Shown: positions 1-14,192 of the stretch, piece by piece
Position numbering within the stretch: position 1 is the stretch's first letter
Layout of the letters: the number at the start of each line of letters is the position of its first letter
NCBI RefSeq assembly: GCF_009914755.1
Contig: NC_060926.1
Direction: 5' to 3' (one strand)
DNA from: the human T2T-CHM13v2.0 reference genome, Homo sapiens
DNA: 64,000 bases
The notes under the pieces: generated by a model
The model's input: the letters and a program-made list of their open reading frames with translations, nothing else
Databases searched by the model: none
What the model was told of the DNA's origin: nothing
Program-made: the position numbers and the translations under genes

Positions 1-50
1 ATGAATAAGGCAGTCTAGGTATACATCCTAATTCTTGAAGAATTTCAAAG

Positions 51-3000
51 GAAGGAGAGCAAGATGGCAGAATAAAAGTCTCCACTGATCGCCCTACTCC
101 AGACAAGGACACCAATTTGACAACTATTTACACAGAAAAAACACCTTTATAAGAACCAAAAATCAGGTGAGCACTCATAGCACCTGGCTGGAACTTCATA
201 TCACTGAAAGAGGCACTAACGAGGTAAACAAACAAACACAAAAAGTCCTGAATCGCTGATGCTACCTTTTCCCCAACCGCAGCAGCAGCGATGTGGTGCA
301 GGTAGTATATCTGGGCACTGGAGGAAGGAGAGGACAGCAATTGTGAGGCATTGAACTCAGCACTGTCCCATTAAGGCACAAAGGAAAACAGGACCTAACT
401 CAGCTGCCACCTGCCCATGGAGGGAACATTTAAACCAGCACTAGCCAGAGGGGAATTGCCAATCCCAGTGGTCTGAACTTGAGTTCCCACAAACCTCACC
501 ACTGCGAGCTATAGTGCTCTGTCTCCAAGTAAACTTGAAAAGCAGCCTAAGCCATAAAGACTGCAATTCTCATGCGAGTCTAGGGCTGAACTGGGCCCAG
601 AGACAGTGGACTGGGTGGGGTAGGGGGCCACAGGACATACTGAGACATCAGTTGGGATGGCTAAGGGAGCGCTGGCATCACCCCTCCTCTAACACCAGGT
701 TGCACAGCGGCTCCAAAAGAGACCTCTTTATTCCTTTCTTCTGCTTGAGGAGAGGAACAGAAAGTGTAGAGAGGGCTTTGTCTTGCCTCTTGGAGACCAG
801 CTCAGCCACTGCAAGACAGGGTATCGGTTAGAGTCATGAGGCCTCCATTCCAGGCCCTAGCTTTCAGACGACATTTCTAGACACACCCTGGGCCAGAAGG
901 GAACCTGCTGCCTTGAAGGAAAGGGCCCAGTGCTGGCAGTATTTATCACCTGCTAACCGAAGAGCCTTTGGGACCTGAACAAGCAGCAGTGACACCCAGG
1001 TGCTACACCAACGGCATTAGATGAGCCTCTGAGACTTACTGGCTTTAGATGAGACTTGGCACATTACAAGCTGTGGTGGCTATGGGGCAAAACTCTTTCT
1101 GTTTGAGAAAAGCAGAGGGAAAAAGTAAAGGGGACTTTGTCTTACATCTTAGGTATCAGCATGGGCCACAGTGGGGTAAGCACCAAGTGGGATCTTAGGT
1201 CCCTGATTCCAGGTCTTGACTCTTGGATGGCATTTCTGGACCTGCCCTGGGCCAGAGGGTGCCCACTGCCATGAAGTGTGAGTCCTAGGTCAGGCAGCAT
1301 TCACCACAAGCTGACTTAAGAGCCCTGGGGCCTTAAGGTAATTTTGGAGGTAATCTGGCAGTAGTCCTCATGGCCTGGGTGGTGGTGGCTAAGGGTTGAG
1401 GCTCCTCTGCCTTTGGAAAGGGGAGAGAAGAGTAAAAGGACTACATCTTGTGGTTTGAGTGCCAGCTCAGCTGCAGTACTATAGAATACCAGGTAGACTT
1501 CTAAGGTTTTTGACTCTAGTCCCTGACTCCCAAAGAGCACCTCTGGACCCAGGGAAGAATGCAGACATGGATGGCTTTGCCACCTGCTGAGTGTAGAGCC
1601 TCAGGGCCTAGAGGGAACATAGGCAGTAGCCAGGGAGTGACTACAGCAGGCCTTGAGTGAAACTCAGCACTGTGCTTGCTTCAGGTCTGACCCAGTGCAG
1701 CCACAGTGGTCATGGCCACAAAGATGCTTCTGTCACTTCACTCCTAGCTTTAGGTGACTCAGAGCAGAGAGAGGGCCTCTGTTTGGGAGAAAGTATGGGA
1801 AGACAACAAGATTCTCTGCTTGGTAATCCCGAGAATTCTCCTAGATCTTGCTCAAGACCATCAAAGCGGTACCTCTACGAGTCTGCAAGAACCTCAGCGT
1901 TACTGAGGGTAGGGTGCCCTTTAAAGCAGTTACAGCTTAGATTAAAACACCTAAGTCTTTTTAAATATCTGTAAAGCCTTCCCAAGAAGGATGGGTACAT
2001 ATAAGCCCAGACAGTGAAGACTGCAGTGAATACCTAACTCTTCAGTGCCCAGACACTGAAGAACATCTACTAGCATTAACACCATCCAGGAAAACATGAC
2101 CTCACCATTTGAGGTAAATAAGACACCAGGGACCAATCCTGGAGAAACAGAGATATGTGACCTTTCAGACAGAGAATTCAAAATAGCTGTGTTGAGGAAA
2201 CTAAAAGAAATTCAAGGTAACACATAGAAGGAATTCAGAATTCCATCAGATAAATTTAACAAAGAGATTCAAATTATTAGAAAGAATCTAGCAGAAATTC
2301 TAGAGTTGAAAAATGCAATTGGCATACTGAAGAATGTATCAGAATCCTTTAATAGCTGATTGATAGCAGAAGAAAGAATTCTTGAGCTTGAAGATAGGCT
2401 ATTTGAAAATTCAGTCAGAGGAGATGAAATAAAAAGAGTGAAGAAACAATGAAGCATGCTTACGGGATCTAGAAAATACCCTCAAAAGGGCATATCTAAG
2501 AGTTATTGACCTTAAAGAGGTAATAGAGAAAGAGATAGGGTAGAAAGTTTATTCAAAGGAATAGTAACAGAGAACTTTCCAAACCTAGAGAAAGATATCA
2601 ATATCCAAGTACAAGATTATAGAACACCAAGAAGATTTAACCCAAAAAAGGCTACCTAAAGGCATTTAATAATCAAACCCCCAAAGATCGAGGATAAAGA
2701 AAGGATCCTAAAAGCAACAAGAGAAAGGCAACAAATCACATACAATGGAGCTTCAATACATCTGGGAGCAGAATTTTCAATGGAAACCTTACAGGACAGG
2801 AGAGAGTGGCATGACATATTTAAAGTGCTGAAGAAAAAGTACTTTTACCCTAGAGTAGTATATCCAATGAAAATAATCTTTAAACATGAAGGAGAAATAA
2901 AGACTTTCCCAGACAAACAAAAGCTAACATCAACACCAGACCTGTCTTATAAGAAATGCTAAAGGAAGTTCCTTGATTAGAGAGAAAATGATGTTAATGA

Positions 3001-4917
3001 GCAATAAGAAATTATCTGAAGATACAAAACTCACTGGTAATAGTAAGTACATAGAAAAGCAGAGAATATTAGAACACTGTTAAGTGTGGTATGTAAATAC
3101 TTTTATCCTAAGTAGAAAGAGCGCTTAACCAATCAAAAATATTAACTACAAAATTTTTCAAGACATAGTCCAATGTGACATAAATAGAAACAACAGAAAG
3201 TTAAAAAGGAGAAGGACAAAGTTGACGCATAGAGTTGTTATTAGTTTTCTTTTTGTTTATATGTTTGCTTGTTTATGCAAACAGTGTTAAGTTGTTAGGG
3301 TAAAATAATGGGTTATAAAATAGTATTTTTAAGCCTCATGGTAACCTCAAACCAAAAAACATACAATAGATACACAAAAAATAAAAAAGCAAGAAACTAA
3401 ATCATATCACCAGAGAAAATTACCTTAATTAAAGGAAGACAGGAAGGAAAGAAGGAAGGAAGAGAAGACTAGAAAACCACAAAATAATTAATAAAATGGT
3501 AGAAGTAAGTTCTTATTTATCAACAATATCATTGAATGTAAATGGACTAAACTCTCCCGTCAAAAGACATAGAAAAGCTGAATTATTGAATCAATGAAAA
3601 AACAAGACCCATTGACCCCTTGTCTACAAGAAACACACTTCACCTACAAAGACACATATAGACTGAAAATAAAGGGTTGGAAAGTGATATTCCATGCCAA
3701 CAGGAACCAAAAAAGAGCAGGAGTAGCTGTACTTATATCAAATAAAATAGATTTAAAGACAAAAGCTATAAGAGACAAAGGTCACTATATAATGATAAAG
3801 GGGTCAATTCAGCAATATATATGCAGCCAGCACTGGAGCACCCAGCTATATAAAGCAAACATTATTAGAACTAAAGAGAGAGATAGTCCCCGGTACAATA
3901 ATAGCTGGAGACTTCAACACCTCACTTTCACATTGAACAGAACTTCCAGACATAAAATCAACAAATAAACATTGGACTTAATCTGCACTGCAGACCAAGT
4001 GGATCCAATAGATATTTACAGAACATTTAATACAGTGGTTGCAGAATACACATTAATTTCCTCACCACATGGATCATTCTCAAGGATAGACTATATGTTA
4101 GGCCACAAAACAAGTCTTAAAACATCCAAAAAATTGAAATATGTCAAGCATCTTCTCTGACAACAATGGAATAAAATAGAAATCAATAACAAGAGGAATT
4201 TTGGAAACTATACAAATACATGGAAGTTAAACAATATGCTCCTGAATGACTAGTAAGTCAATGCAGAAATTAAGAAGGAAATTGAAAAATTTATTGAAAA
4301 AAAGATAATGGAAACACAATATGTCAAAATCTATGGAATATAACAGAGTACTCAGAGAGAAGTCTATAGCTATAAGTGCCTACATCAAAAAAGAGGAAAA
4401 ACTTCAAATAAACAATCTGATGATGTATCTTAAAGAACTAGAAAAGCAAGAGAAAACCAAACCCAAAAATACTTGAACAAAAGAAATAATAGACCAGAGC
4501 AGAAATAAATAAAAGTCAAATGAAAAAAAAAATACAAAAATCAATATAACAAAAACTTGTTTTTTAAAAAAGTTAAAATTGACAAACTTTTAGCTGGACT
4601 TAAGAATAAAAGAGAGAAGATACAAATAAATAAAGTCAAAAATGATAAAGGAGACATTACAACAGACACTGCAGAAATTCAAAGGATTATTAGTGCTGCT
4701 ATGAGCAACTATATGCCAATAAATTGGAAAATCTAGAAAAAATGGACAAATTCTTAGACATATACAACCTACCAAGATTGAACCAGAAAGAAACCTAAAA
4801 CTTGAACAGACCAATAACAAGTAACAAAATCAAAGCCATAATAAAAAAATTTTCCACTAAAGAAAAACCCAGGACCAATGGCTTCACTGCAGAGCTCTAC
4901 CAAACATTTAAAGAACT
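51..4917 (+). mobile_element. Old LINE-1 (L1M1/L1MA-type): 5' UTR, degenerate ORF1, inter-ORF spacer and ORF2 endonuclease region; 3'-truncated
   Basis: Starts with an L1 5' motif (GAGAGCAAGATGGCAGAATA). ORF1 remnant ETLQDRREWHDIFKVLK..YPMKIIFKHEGEIKTFPDKQKL at 2780-2962. ORF2 start ATG ~3496 reads MVEVSSYLSTISLNVNGLNSPVKRHR; EN motifs CLQETH (3594-3968) and HGSFSRIDYMLGHK (3972-4160). Ends at CTACCAAACATTTAAAGAAC. Many stops and frameshifts. Confidence 0.93.
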
Positions 4918-6382
4918 GTATACTTCCTAATTCTTGAGGTGCTGGTTCAAAGGAATGTAGTTAAGTAAACTGTTAAGTCGTAGTACAAAAAATGCCATAT
5001 AAACAGTTCTGTGGGAAGCTAGAAGTGGAATATTTATAACAAATTAGCTGATCAATATTTGACATTAAATAGAAAGTAAATATATTTAAATTTTAAATTT
5101 TAAAAATCATTTAACATTTAGGACAGAGAAAACATTTCCTTTAATTTGGACTGAATAGAATGTAAAGAAATACTGAACCACCAGAACCAATTGAAAATAC
5201 TGGGTTTCAGACCTACTCACAGTCATCATCATCATTTATCAAGTCATATGAAATTGCATTACAGAAAGGTGATACTAAATAAGATAAGTCAACCCAGTTG
5301 GAGTATATGGGGCATAGTTAATACGCTTTTCTTTTGTTTTTATTATGGAAAAAATACTTCTATTGATTATGAAGAATCAATGCAATCCTTTTTAGTATCA
5401 AACCAAGGTATTAGCTTCTCTACCATTTTTCTGAGTTTGAATATTACTATATTAAAAAAAAGACAATTCCTGAAAAATTTTACCTAGCTTTATGTTTTAT
5501 TAGAAACACAGCCAGGAAGACATTTCGAATTTATCCTACCTCAATAGTTTCTTCACACTGCAGTAGCTTAAGATTTTCAGTCTGTTTCTTTCTTAAATAT
5601 CCTAAAGGTACATGCCATTTTGGTTTCCATTTAGATGCAGGGATGTTTTTAAAACACCAAATATCACAGACATGTGTTCTCCCCATGCCATTATGGTGAC
5701 TATTATGCCCTGTTTATAGCTTTTTCCTTCAGAAATAATCAATATGACTTTCTAATAGGCACATTTTAAATCATAGAATTTAATGATATTATAGCTGAGA
5801 AGGAGGGTCCAATGGCTTTTCAACAGAGAATGTTACAATCTATGAAATTATGAATGAAGATTTCTGTGTGTGGGGGTTAAGTAATTTCATAAGGCCACCA
5901 GGCTAGAGGGGTAACTTTTTCTTTTACTTGGAGACCTGGTTTCAATAAGAGAGGATAGGAATGGTTTGTAAATAAGATATTATGAGACAATTCAGATCTC
6001 TTGAACGTTTTTTAATTTTACCAAAAGAAAATGAACCAACCTCTTAATGGTATATAGCAATTATTATGATGCTTAATGGTCTCAGAAAATAGTTTAAGAA
6101 TTACATAAAATGATAGGTATTATCTTGGATTATTTTGTTTGTGGCACATTGGTTTAATTTAACATTCATAAGACATACATGGAATCCTGCTGCTTTGGTA
6201 AAGCACAATGTAGAGTTTAAAGACATGTCTCTTGTAACCAGACAAAGAACAGAGATAAAGATTCTGTGATCAGTGAGCTCTTGAACTTTCTTAGAAGTCT
6301 TGGTCACACGAGATTAGAAACAAAGCAAAAATTTGAATCAGTTATGTATTTTCTTTTTGGCTGCTTCAGAAGAACTGTTTAG

Positions 6383-7065
6383 TCAGGAAACAACAGATGC
6401 TGGAGAGGATGTGGAGAAATAGGAACGCTTTTACACTGTTGGTGGGAGTGTAAATTAGTTCAGCCATTGTGGAAGACAGTGTGGCGATCTCTCAGGGATC
6501 TAGAACCAGAAATACCATTTGACCCAGCCATCCCATTACTGAGTATATACCCAAAGGATTATAAGTCATTCTACTATAAAGACACATGCACACGTATGTT
6601 TATTGCAGCGTTATTCACAACAGCAAAGACTTGGAACCAACCTAAATGCTCATTGATGATAGACTGGAGAAAGAAAATGTGGCACATGCACACCATGGAA
6701 TACTACGCAGCCATAAAAAAGGATGAGTTCATGTTCTTTGCAGGGACATCATTGAAGCTGGAAACCATCATTCTCAGCAAACTAACATAGGAACAGAAAA
6801 CCAAACACCGCGTGTTCTCACACATAAGCAGGAATTGAACAATGAGAACACATGGACACAGGGAGGGGAACATCACACACTGGGGCCTGTCAGGGGTGGG
6901 CGGCTACCTAATGTAGATGACAGGTTGAAGGGGGCAGCAAACCACCATGGCACATGTATACCTATGTAACAAACCTGCATGTTCTGCACATGTATCCCAG
7001 AACTTAAAGTATAATACAAAAATAAAATACATGAGAAAATAAAATAATTATAAAATAAAAAAGAA
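6383..7065 (+). mobile_element. 5'-truncated L1PA (about PA5-PA8) ORF2 C-terminus plus 3' UTR and A-rich tail
   Basis: ORF 6467-6790 [40 protein letters not shown]. 3' UTR ends ACATGTATCCCAGAACTTAAAGTATAAT followed by an A-rich tail. Confidence 0.93.
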
Positions 7066-7589
7066 AGGAAGTTGATAAATGCAATAGTGAAATGTGTATA
7101 AAGCAATCACTTCCCAGGTAATTTTTCTATGAAAAATTCAATGATTTTATAATTCCAATTGAATTACTTGGTTATATAGGCTTATTTTTGACAAAACATG
7201 AGTAAATAACGGGACGTGTGGTTGGGAGGACTGAACCTCATGCCACATGCTTGTTTGTGTGGCATAAAGTGAAACCAGCTAGGTCTGTTCGCCCATGGAG
7301 TTCTGCGTGTGGTAATTTAAGGAAACCACACAGTGTAGCAAAGGATGTTGGAAGGGGTTAGAAAGCAAAATTAATTTACAACCATGCCAGCTTTACATTG
7401 TTGTTAAAATACCACCACCTCATGCTATCATAGCACATGTTGTTAATATTTCAATAAAGCAATACCTTTTAGTGACCAGTTTAATAATACAGATAACAAT
7501 TTTCTCATGCTCTTCCCTCTTCTTATTTTACATGGTCTTCCAGAGTGATCTTTTACACACACATGGCTTCAGTGATTGCGTAAGTTCTG

Positions 7590-7985
7590 AACTTGGAGAT
7601 CTATGCTCAAGGTCTAGTTCCTTATCACATCAATGATATCCTGCTTACTGGATATTTCTACTTGAATGTCCATGCACACCTCCAACATGTCCCAAACTAT
7701 ACTCATCTTCTCAGTCTTCTTGCTTCTCAGCTCCAAACCTTCTCCTCTTCCTATGCTCCTGACCTCAGTAAATAGCACTGCTACAGCCGCAGTCAAGCAG
7801 GAAACCTGATTATCATCTTTAATTTCTCCACCTTTTCTACATACCTAATGGATCACCAAGACCTATCAATTCTAACACCAAACTGTGACTCAAAAGTGTG
7901 TATTTCCTTCCAATCTTAATACCATTACAGTAGTTCAGGCCCTCATCCAATTTCCCTGGATCATTATAGCAGTTTTCTAATTGTT
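7590..7985 (+). mobile_element. L2 fragment
   Basis: Pyrimidine-rich L2-like text (CTACTTGAATGTCC..CATGTCCCAAAC..TCAAGCAGGAAACCTG..TAGTTCAGGCCCTCATC). Confidence 0.6.
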
Positions 7986-8383
7986 GAAAATACCATTTAC
8001 CTATAATTGTTAAGGATGCTTATATAATGAGGCAGTTATTATTATGTTATATAGTTATCCAAAAGGAAACTGTATCTTATGCCTTTGTTATAAACAGGGT
8101 TGGTATTGGTCTTTTGCTGTGAATGACAAATTCAGGCATGAAAAACCTATCCTATCCCTCCATATGGCTAAACCTCTGTATGTATAATGTGTGTACATGA
8201 CCCATCAGTGATCCCGCATCTAAACTGTGAAATGAGCTTATTGATGTTTCCCAAAATAAGCCATTTTAGAGCTTTGACTTTAATTCAAGTTCTAATTCAA
8301 TGTTAGACTGCTTTAATAGCTAGAGAACCATTTTCAGTTTATGAAAGAAATGCCAGTCCAAGAGGAAAATAGGTAGGACATCT

Positions 8384-8385
<2 letters not shown>

Positions 8386-8427
<42 letters not shown>

Positions 8428-8433
8428 TGTATG
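8386..8433. repeat. (TG)n microsatellite
   Basis: Directly visible TG run with two TA interruptions near its end. Confidence 0.97.
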
Positions 8434-9703
8434 TTTTAAGGAATAGTGCGTCTACTCAAGTCGAGGGTTGAATAATTCTCAAGGAGCACTTCTTATTGTT
8501 GGATATAGAAGATAACATTAAATTTTTTCAGCATAGAATTTTTATCAACACGTAAGAACATATCAACTTTCTAAATGATTACTTTCTCATGTTAGAAAAT
8601 AAAGATATTTAGTAACATACAACTATGTCTCAAATAACATGATCATCACTTCAGTATATCTGTGTTGTTCAGCACCTTTGATAGTGAGCTGCATGTCTGG
8701 ACTCTCAATTTGCCTAATTTGTGTTAATACACTTTTATTTAGTACATAATATATGGTAAATACTCTGGGGAGATATAAATACTATCAGATATGACTCCCA
8801 CTCCAGAGGAAACTAAAGTAAAAATTGGTTAAAAGTAAGAATAAGACAGCAGCATGTCCCTCTAATCCATAAGAAAAATATCAGACCACTTGGGTTGACT
8901 GATTTCTTTTAGCACCAAATGAGAACATACTTATTCAGTATTCTTCACCTCTATAAATCTGTCCATAAGTTGAAGAACTTTTGCTTTTGAAACACCAAGC
9001 ATAGAGCTTTATATATTTTAGAAACCAAAAGTTAGTTTAGTCTGTTCAACCAAACATGAGTAAAAAAAATGAATATTCACTTAAACTGGTGTGGTATGGT
9101 CTTGAATAAAAGTTATTGATTTGATATTTTTTATTGTTAAATTGATCTTTAGGTTATGATTGCTAATTGTTCTCTTTCTAGGCATAGTCTAGTTTCAAAT
9201 ATATATTTAAAAAACAAATAGCAAAATACCCCATGATGCTTCAAATATAGATGTTCAAATATCCACCAGTAGGTCTTTCAACAGAAACATGACACTCATT
9301 TGCAGAGGAGAAAAACTGCATCAGTTGCCAGCTCTGTGGTACTAATCATTGCAAACAAGACTGAAGAATTTTGAAATTTTCATGTGCAAGACACATAGTG
9401 AAGGTTCTCAGAAATTATGATAGTGACTTTGTCCTATGTTTCATTACCAATCATCCTCTTACAATATTTTTTATGAATGAACTGTATCATGCTACCAAAA
9501 AATGTGAAAGAAAAAAATTCTTGGGGACCACAAATATTGTTATTTCAAGCAGAAACCACTTCATAATTTTGTTTCTTTGCATACAGATTTTTTAGAGCAA
9601 TGACTCTACTTTGTACAGATTTATTACTTGAAAATAATATGGTATAATGTGGTGACAAGTCAATCATAACTTTAGTGATTTAGCTGTAGAAGTGTTATGA
9701 GTT

Positions 9704-10084
<381 letters not shown>

Positions 10085-10429
10085 TCATATCTTGAAACTT
10101 ACTATACTTAAAAGTAGAACCCTATACATCAGCATATTAAATAAAATAGATAAGCATTGTATAGTAAAAGTGATTTATATATTTGTGTATTTACATATTT
10201 TAAATATATACTAATATACATTTAGATATTTAATGATTTTATTAAAATAATAAAAGTAATATATCAATATTATATTGATATATTTATTTAAATTTATATT
10301 TAAAAACTGGGTTATCTGACTTATTGCCTAATTAAATTAAGATTTCAGCAAAAATCAGAGATAATTTTTTGAATATCTTGGCGATATATGTGGGGGGATG
10401 TACTACTTTTATTTTTAAAACTCTGTGAA

Positions 10430-10620
10430 AGTACCTCCTGCTGACCAGGCAGAATTCTAAATAATTTACAAATATTAATTCAGATAATCATACTGACAAC
10501 TCTATTCAGGGTCTACTAGTGGGATGCCCAGTTTGCAAATGAGGAAGTTAAGTAGCTTATATTCAAGGTCAGACCACAAAGTGGCAGAATAGGATTCAAA
10601 ATGACGCCAGAGTCTATGTT
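10430..10620 (-). mobile_element. MIR
   Basis: Antisense MIR core (CCCAGTTTGCAAATGAGGAAG..GGCAGAATAGGATTCAAA). Confidence 0.55.
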
Positions 10621-11605
10621 ACTGTTTGAAAAGAATATTCAGCCATATCTGAGCAGGTTTTATTTATTAATTAGAGGTCAAAGCCATGGAAAAGATTAGC
10701 CCCGCCCCAAGTCTTGGTAGCTTAGTGGCAGGTCATCTAGGGCCCTGGAGTCTCCCTTTCAGCTGTCCCTCTGTGTGATATTTTGGAGCTGGGGTCATGC
10801 CTTACCTGCCTCCTCCTGGGGCCCTATCTGCTGAATACTATGACAGCGGGCAATAAAGGGAAGTTAGCATCAAAAGGCAGCCCTTCTCTTTATGTAACAT
10901 AGAAATGACCCTTTCTTTATTTTTGACTGACCACAGCTACCTTAGTATTAGGTTAGCCTTGGTTACAGACTGGGTTTTGGTTTTGGTGATAAGTATGACT
11001 TTTGTAATTCTTTGAAACCTCTGCAATGCCTCTCAATTGCCCTATGAACAATGTAAATTTGGGAGTATAACTAAATGCAGATCTTCACAGATTGGAGTTT
11101 GAACTTGCCTCTTCAGCAAGGGACTGGGACGGCTCTTTATTACTACGGGATGTTTTTCTCATCTTCTAGAGCTTAAGTAAAAAAAATCTAGTTTCTCTTT
11201 GGGTAGTGAGGATGAACTGTAGATACTTCTTCACAAGCTCAAGGAAAACACATTAGACTTTCCTAGTCATAAATGAAGTCTCATTATGCTACAGGAGAAA
11301 ACAGAGTTTTAAAAGTAACTATACTATCTAACTCTTTTTTAGTTTTATCACTGAATCTTGAATAATAGAACATAAGCAGTTGTTCGGATTTAAATTATTC
11401 TTCCCTCTTGAATTACTGTTCAACACCCTAAGATCACCATACGTATTATTTCAGAAAATGAAGAGCCTTAAAAATTGTCTCAGAAATTTTATTTCCTTAT
11501 ATTATAATTGAAATTTGGTAACTTCCCTCAAGATTAATAGAAAAGTTGTTCTAAAATCAACAAAACATGTTCACTTAATTTTTTTCCCCCACACTGTGGG
11601 TAGGA

Positions 11606-11825
11606 GCTAATATTTACTGAGGGTCCAGCACATGCCAGGCATTTTACTTTACTTAAGCCCATGCTCAGTATATGTGGTGAATATTGCTTCTTTTTATTTT
11701 ATTGGCAAAGAAATGAAATCTCAGAGGCATTAGACAAATTACCCAAGCCTACCCAGGCCCTAAGAGGAGTCCAAACTGGGGTTATTCTGGCCTAAAAATA
11801 ATGTGCTTTGCCCATCACAATACCA
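11606..11825 (-). mobile_element. MIR
   Basis: GCTAATATTTACTGAG..TGCCAGGCA..GAAATCTCAGAG..TTACCCAAG, the antisense MIR pattern. Confidence 0.6.
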
Positions 11826-13847
11826 CAAACTTTTTAAAATCTTGATCATTTCCACATTTCAATTAATCATCAGCATCAATGACGCACTTTAAAAGAGGAG
11901 GAGTATTTTTTAAAGAGAGACCTATTTACTCTTTTGGTCGGAGGCGTAGAAATTATGCTAAATACTATGCATAACTTACTTTGGCAAGTGCAATGGTTAA
12001 AACTAAGTACTAGTGTGCTTAAATACTTCCTTATTCAACAATTATAATGCAGATTAAAGCCCAAGTGTGAAATGTGAACCTTTGTACCCTGAGCCCACAA
12101 GGGTCATCCCCTCCTTGTGGACCCAATGCACAAAGTACAGTTGCCTGCACCTCCGAGTCCTCTTATGAATGGCTGGGAGGGATTACACAGGAATCAGCAG
12201 GTGAGAGGCATCAAAGGTTACAGCTCACAGTGCCCTTGACCCTCAGTCGAAGGCGGAGACTCAGAGTAGCTGTCAACAGAATAGAAACCATTGTATGAGA
12301 GAATTGCTTAAAATACTTCAGTTGCTCTCTGTGCATAGCAGAGGCACTGTTTGTGGTTTGGGAAGCTATAGTGACAGTTAGAGGCTGTTGTAGCAATCCA
12401 TGAGTGTATGTACTCATGTATATCTGTAATGTGGTGTGCTTTCTTATCTTCAAGAGCATAGTTAAAACAGTTGGATTATGTTGATAAAATAGACCCTATA
12501 AGGAAAGTGCAAGTTTTGACATTTCCTCATTTTGTAGTTTGTGTTCAGTTGGCAATGTGAGTATTAATAGTGAACAATGTTAATGCCTGCATGTGAGGTG
12601 AACCTGCCAGTTAAAAGATGATAAATTATGGATTTATTATTCTTTTTCTCAATCTCTTGACAGCTGTGAGCAAGGCTGTTCCAAATTACCACCAAATGGT
12701 AGAAAGTTTATTACTTCCCTGGCCAAATAAAATACAAATACAATTTCACCCTGCAAAAATATTATTAAGCTAATGTTGCAAAAGCCTTATTAATCTTATT
12801 ATAGTTAACAGTGCATAGTACTAAAAAGACAACTTGGGAAATTCAAGACAACTTGATTTTTAGAACCTAACAGTATCTAGAAAATCACATATTAAATGTC
12901 TAATAAATATTTGTGAACTAAATATACATGAAGACACTATTAACATCTTTCCAAGGGAAAAGTACCTGGCTAATAACTTTTAATAAGTTAAGTGCTCCTA
13001 ATTAGGAGTTGGCATTTATAGTAGGGAGATGCTTTGTGATTTCACATATGTGGAGACTGAGAGACAGATATTTTATTGTAAAATAAAGGATGTATTGTGA
13101 AACAAAGGAGATGGTCAGAGTAGGGTGGGTAAAGAAGATAAATTAGGAGGAGAAAATAAAGTTTATTACTTTAAATTCTTTTGTAATGTCTTTAATAGAG
13201 ACACATTTTAAGAAGAATTTTGTTCACGGCTACGAAAGACATTCATAAATGAGTCAGAGAAGAAAAAATAGAAAAGGTAGTGAATTATGAAAATGGGCAA
13301 AGTGAGAGGAATAAAAATTATATAAGAAAGGTAAAAGAAAAATGTCTAGAAGAAGAAAAGTATTTGTAAAATAGTTGTAAATCTTCTGCCCTTTCTTCAA
13401 TCTTGAGGATCCTTTGGTTTCATATTCTCTGCTTTTTTAGACAGGATGTACATTTATAGACTGTTTACTTAGTAACTGAAACCTTTGCTTTTTTCCTCTT
13501 TGAACAAATCATGAAATGTAAAGTTAGAAGGGAGAAGTTTGTTTTAGCTACTTAAAAATGTAAACCTCATCTGGGGGCAGAGTAGAGATTCAAAATATTC
13601 TTTAATAACCTAAACTGAAAAAACTTTAAAACATTTAGGCTTTTCTTATTGGCTATTAAGATTTCTTAGAACTTACTCTGTAAAATATTTTGTGATATTA
13701 ATGACATTTGAGTGAAAGCCACTTCTAGTACCATTAATGGCATTTTTATGTATAATTTAGAATTCTTTCTATATAGAAAAGTCTAAGGAAATCATGAATA
13801 TGTTCCCGGAATTGGAAAATCGTCTGTCTGCTTGAAAACTGTCTCTG

Positions 13848-14055
13848 GCAGCACTGTAGCAGAGGGGTAAAGTGGTCTGGGCTGGAGTCCCAGCTCTGCC
13901 CCTTACTGTCCAGGTAAACTTGGGCAAAGTCATTTCTCCTCTGAGAAGGTACTCTCTTTGAAGATACTATCTCATTTGGTTGAACTATAGAATAAATTTA
14001 CAGATGCAAAGAACTCAGAAGAATGACATAAAAGAGGTATTTAATAAATGTTATT
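13848..14055 (+). mobile_element. MIR
   Basis: GGAGTCCCAGCTCTGCCCCTTACT..CTTGGGCAAAGTCA..TTAATAAATGTTATT. Confidence 0.65.
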
Positions 14056-14192
14056 CTGACACATTATCCAATATAGAAACAAGTAAACATCACTTCAAAA
14101 CATAAAAACAGAAAGCCATTTAAAAAACAAATAAATATATTTGTAGCCAAAAGTGAAGATTATTTCTTAAAACGAATATATATATATATTCC

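Noticed and set aside
4917-7065. L1 at 6383-7065 as the missing 3' end of the L1 at 51-4917
   Set aside because: The 3' piece is a younger L1PA type, the 5' element is an older L1M type, and 1.4 kb of unrelated sequence separates them.
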